From an uncultured Candidatus Micrarchaeota archaeon (GTDB lineage Archaea > Micrarchaeota > Micrarchaeia > Micrarchaeales > Micrarchaeaceae), in assembly GCA_963741095.1 (NCBI GenBank), contig CAVUGN010000011.1, forward strand, positions 9,326 through 41,325: DNA of 32,000 nucleotides, given 5' to 3'. Below the pieces are notes generated by a model. It saw nothing but the letters and a program-made list of their open reading frames with translations. It was not told where the DNA came from and ran no database searches. Both the position numbers and the translations under genes were made by a program. Positions 30,647-32,000 of this stretch are shown one piece after another. Position 1 is the first letter of the stretch. Each line of letters begins with the position of its first letter.

Positions 30647-32000
30647 ATGCAAGACGTTCCACCACAGATATCTGCTGCTTTCGAGAAAGTGAAGAAGACG
30701 TACCCGTTCTATGTCTCGCTGAAGAGGATATACGGAAAATATTACGTATACAAAGTGAAGGTCGTCTGGGACCGACTAACCAAAAAGACAAAAACAAATT
30801 CTGAGTACTTGGGCCGGATAACCAGCGATGGGAAATATAAAAAGAAGAGCATCACACCGAATGATTACCTGAGAAAGGCCGAGGCACTCATCGCTTCCAA
30901 AGGTGGGAAGATAACGTGGGACGGAATTGAGAAAGTCCGGGGTGCAAACGAGCAGATTAAAGAGGAACAGATCGAGGAAACTGTTGCCGACGAATTGGAA
31001 ACGAAGATACTGACTATATTGAGTATGAACGGCCGCGCGTCGATACCTTTCATAAGCAAGATGGTTGGTCTTAGCAATGCTACAACAGATTATCACGTAA
31101 AGAAGATCGAAGAGAAATACGGCATCAGATATTTTCCAGAGATAGACGTAGACAAATTAGGTTATGCCAGCTTTATGATATCCATAAAATTTGAAGATGA
31201 GGTTCCGAGTGCAGAAGAGATTAAAAGAGAGCTTAGCAAATTTCCTGGAGTACAACTTGCAATGGTAACTCATGGTAGATATGACCTAATAATTCATTTT
31301 GTAACCGGGACCGAATATATGCCAAATAGTTATGGATGGGCATCTCAGAATGAAATATATGACCTCCAAAATAATGCTTTTAGAGCAAACAAGGCAAAAT
31401 GGTACGTGTCAACGTTTTACAGAACATATGGATGCGTACCGTTGAGAAACGAATTTTTTGATATGATGAAGAAAATAGTGTGGGAAAAAAGCAAAGAGAG
31501 CAGGAGACCTAAGCCAAATCAACTTCTTCCTAGGGAGTATTTCGTACTAAAAGAACTAAACTTAGATGGTAGGTGCGAATTCACAGAAATAGACAATAGA
31601 TGCAATTTTGATAGGGGTAGATCAGATTACACCTATAAAAGATTAGTTGAAAATAAAACAATAAAACGCATCACGTTGACAATGCAGAAACCTCCGGTAA
31701 AGTATGTGGCAATAATCTATATGGATTTTATAAAAAGAGATGAGTTTTCAAAGAGCAGAGTGAATCTTTTATTAGACATAATAGAGCGGCGAACACAAAT
31801 AAACAAATACGCACTTGTTGGCGATGCGAGCATTCCATATGGTGGATTCTTCATACTGCCGATAACTCAAGATGGGCTACTAGAAAAAGTCACCGAGCAA
31901 TTAAAGAGCATAAGCGGCACAAACGTATACGCTCTTGTTGCAAGCGAGATAGTCTTAGGTAGCCTTTGTTATAGATTATTTGATAACGCATACTCAAGCC
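30647..32000 (+). CDS. Tandem Lrp/AsnC-like protein, divergent paralogue of 25446..26867 (3' end beyond the window)
   Basis: It is not in the ORF track because no stop is reached. Hand translation from ATG 30647 stays open to nt 32000. It has the same N-terminal motif (YGKYYVYKVKVVWDRLTKKTKTNSEYLGRI), two HTH+RAM modules (ILTILSMNGRASIPF...; VTHGRYDLIIHF; EYFVLKELNLDGRCEF...) and the conserved LGSLCYRLFDNA near the end. Confidence 0.65.
   Translation, partial: MQDVPPQISAAFEKVKKTYPFYVSLKRIYGKYYVYKVKVVWDRLTKKTKTNSEYLGRITSDGKYKKKSITPNDYLRKAEALIASKGGKITWDGIEKVRGANEQIKEEQIEETVADELETKILTILSMNGRASIPFISKMVGLSNATTDYHVKKIEEKYGIRYFPEIDVDKLGYASFMISIKFEDEVPSAEEIKRELSKFPGVQLAMVTHGRYDLIIHFVTGTEYMPNSYGWASQNEIYDLQNNAFRANKAKWYVSTFYRTYGCVPLRNEFFDMMKKIVWEKSKESRRPKPNQLLPREYFVLKELNLDGRCEFTEIDNRCNFDRGRSDYTYKRLVENKTIKRITLTMQKPPVKYVAIIYMDFIKRDEFSKSRVNLLLDIIERRTQINKYALVGDASIPYGGFFILPITQDGLLEKVTEQLKSISGTNVYALVASEIVLGSLCYRLFDNAYSS

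Larger units (their letters stand above)
29287..32000. mobile_element. Putative integrated element 2 (partial, runs off the window)
   Basis: It starts with the second copy of the att core and repeats the micro-operon plus divergent double-Lrp layout. The far end is not in the window. Confidence 0.5.

Overview
This is an archaeal chromosomal window. The evidence is an RFC small subunit, a Dpo4/Dbh-type Y-family polymerase, a class III (prepilin-like) signal peptide, AT-rich TATA-type promoters about 25-35 nt upstream of start codons, and three tRNAs. Positions 1-23.9 kb are mostly ordinary, densely packed genes. They include a glycoprotein/pilin-like operon, tRNA-His followed by a small AT-rich islet, two HAD hydrolases, and an RNase HI + TPR-AAA ATPase pair. 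They also include AMMECR1, tRNA-Ile, and a two-subunit [NiFe]-hydrogenase with a separate, unusual maturation operon (beta-carbonic-anhydrase-like protein, HypC, an N-terminally extended HypC-domain protein, an endopeptidase and a GT-C membrane protein). The remainder is a dinB / MBL-exonuclease / histidine-phosphatase operon, an ABC-2 exporter, a Memo-like protein, CysDN-like sulfate adenylyltransferase genes and RFC. The most unusual part is 24.0-32.0 kb. tRNA-Pro(UGG) is followed by two related elements in tandem, each starting with the same 14-nt tRNA 3' end (24078 and 29287). Each carries a conserved minus-strand micro-operon of four tiny proteins (C2HC zinc finger, RAM-domain protein, zinc ribbon, RAM-domain protein). 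This operon sits behind a strongly conserved 125-nt non-coding leader and is divergently paired with a large protein made of two complete Lrp/AsnC (HTH+RAM) modules. Between the two copies lie three different toxin-antitoxin pairs (VapBC, HEPN/MNT, HicBA) arranged like cassettes. They are separated by a four-member repeat family whose last copy runs into the att core. No integrase is recognisable in the complete element. I regard this element-borne RAM/zinc-finger/double-Lrp module plus the cassette-like TA array as the best candidate for an undescribed system. All homology calls come from reading motifs by eye; no database search was run.
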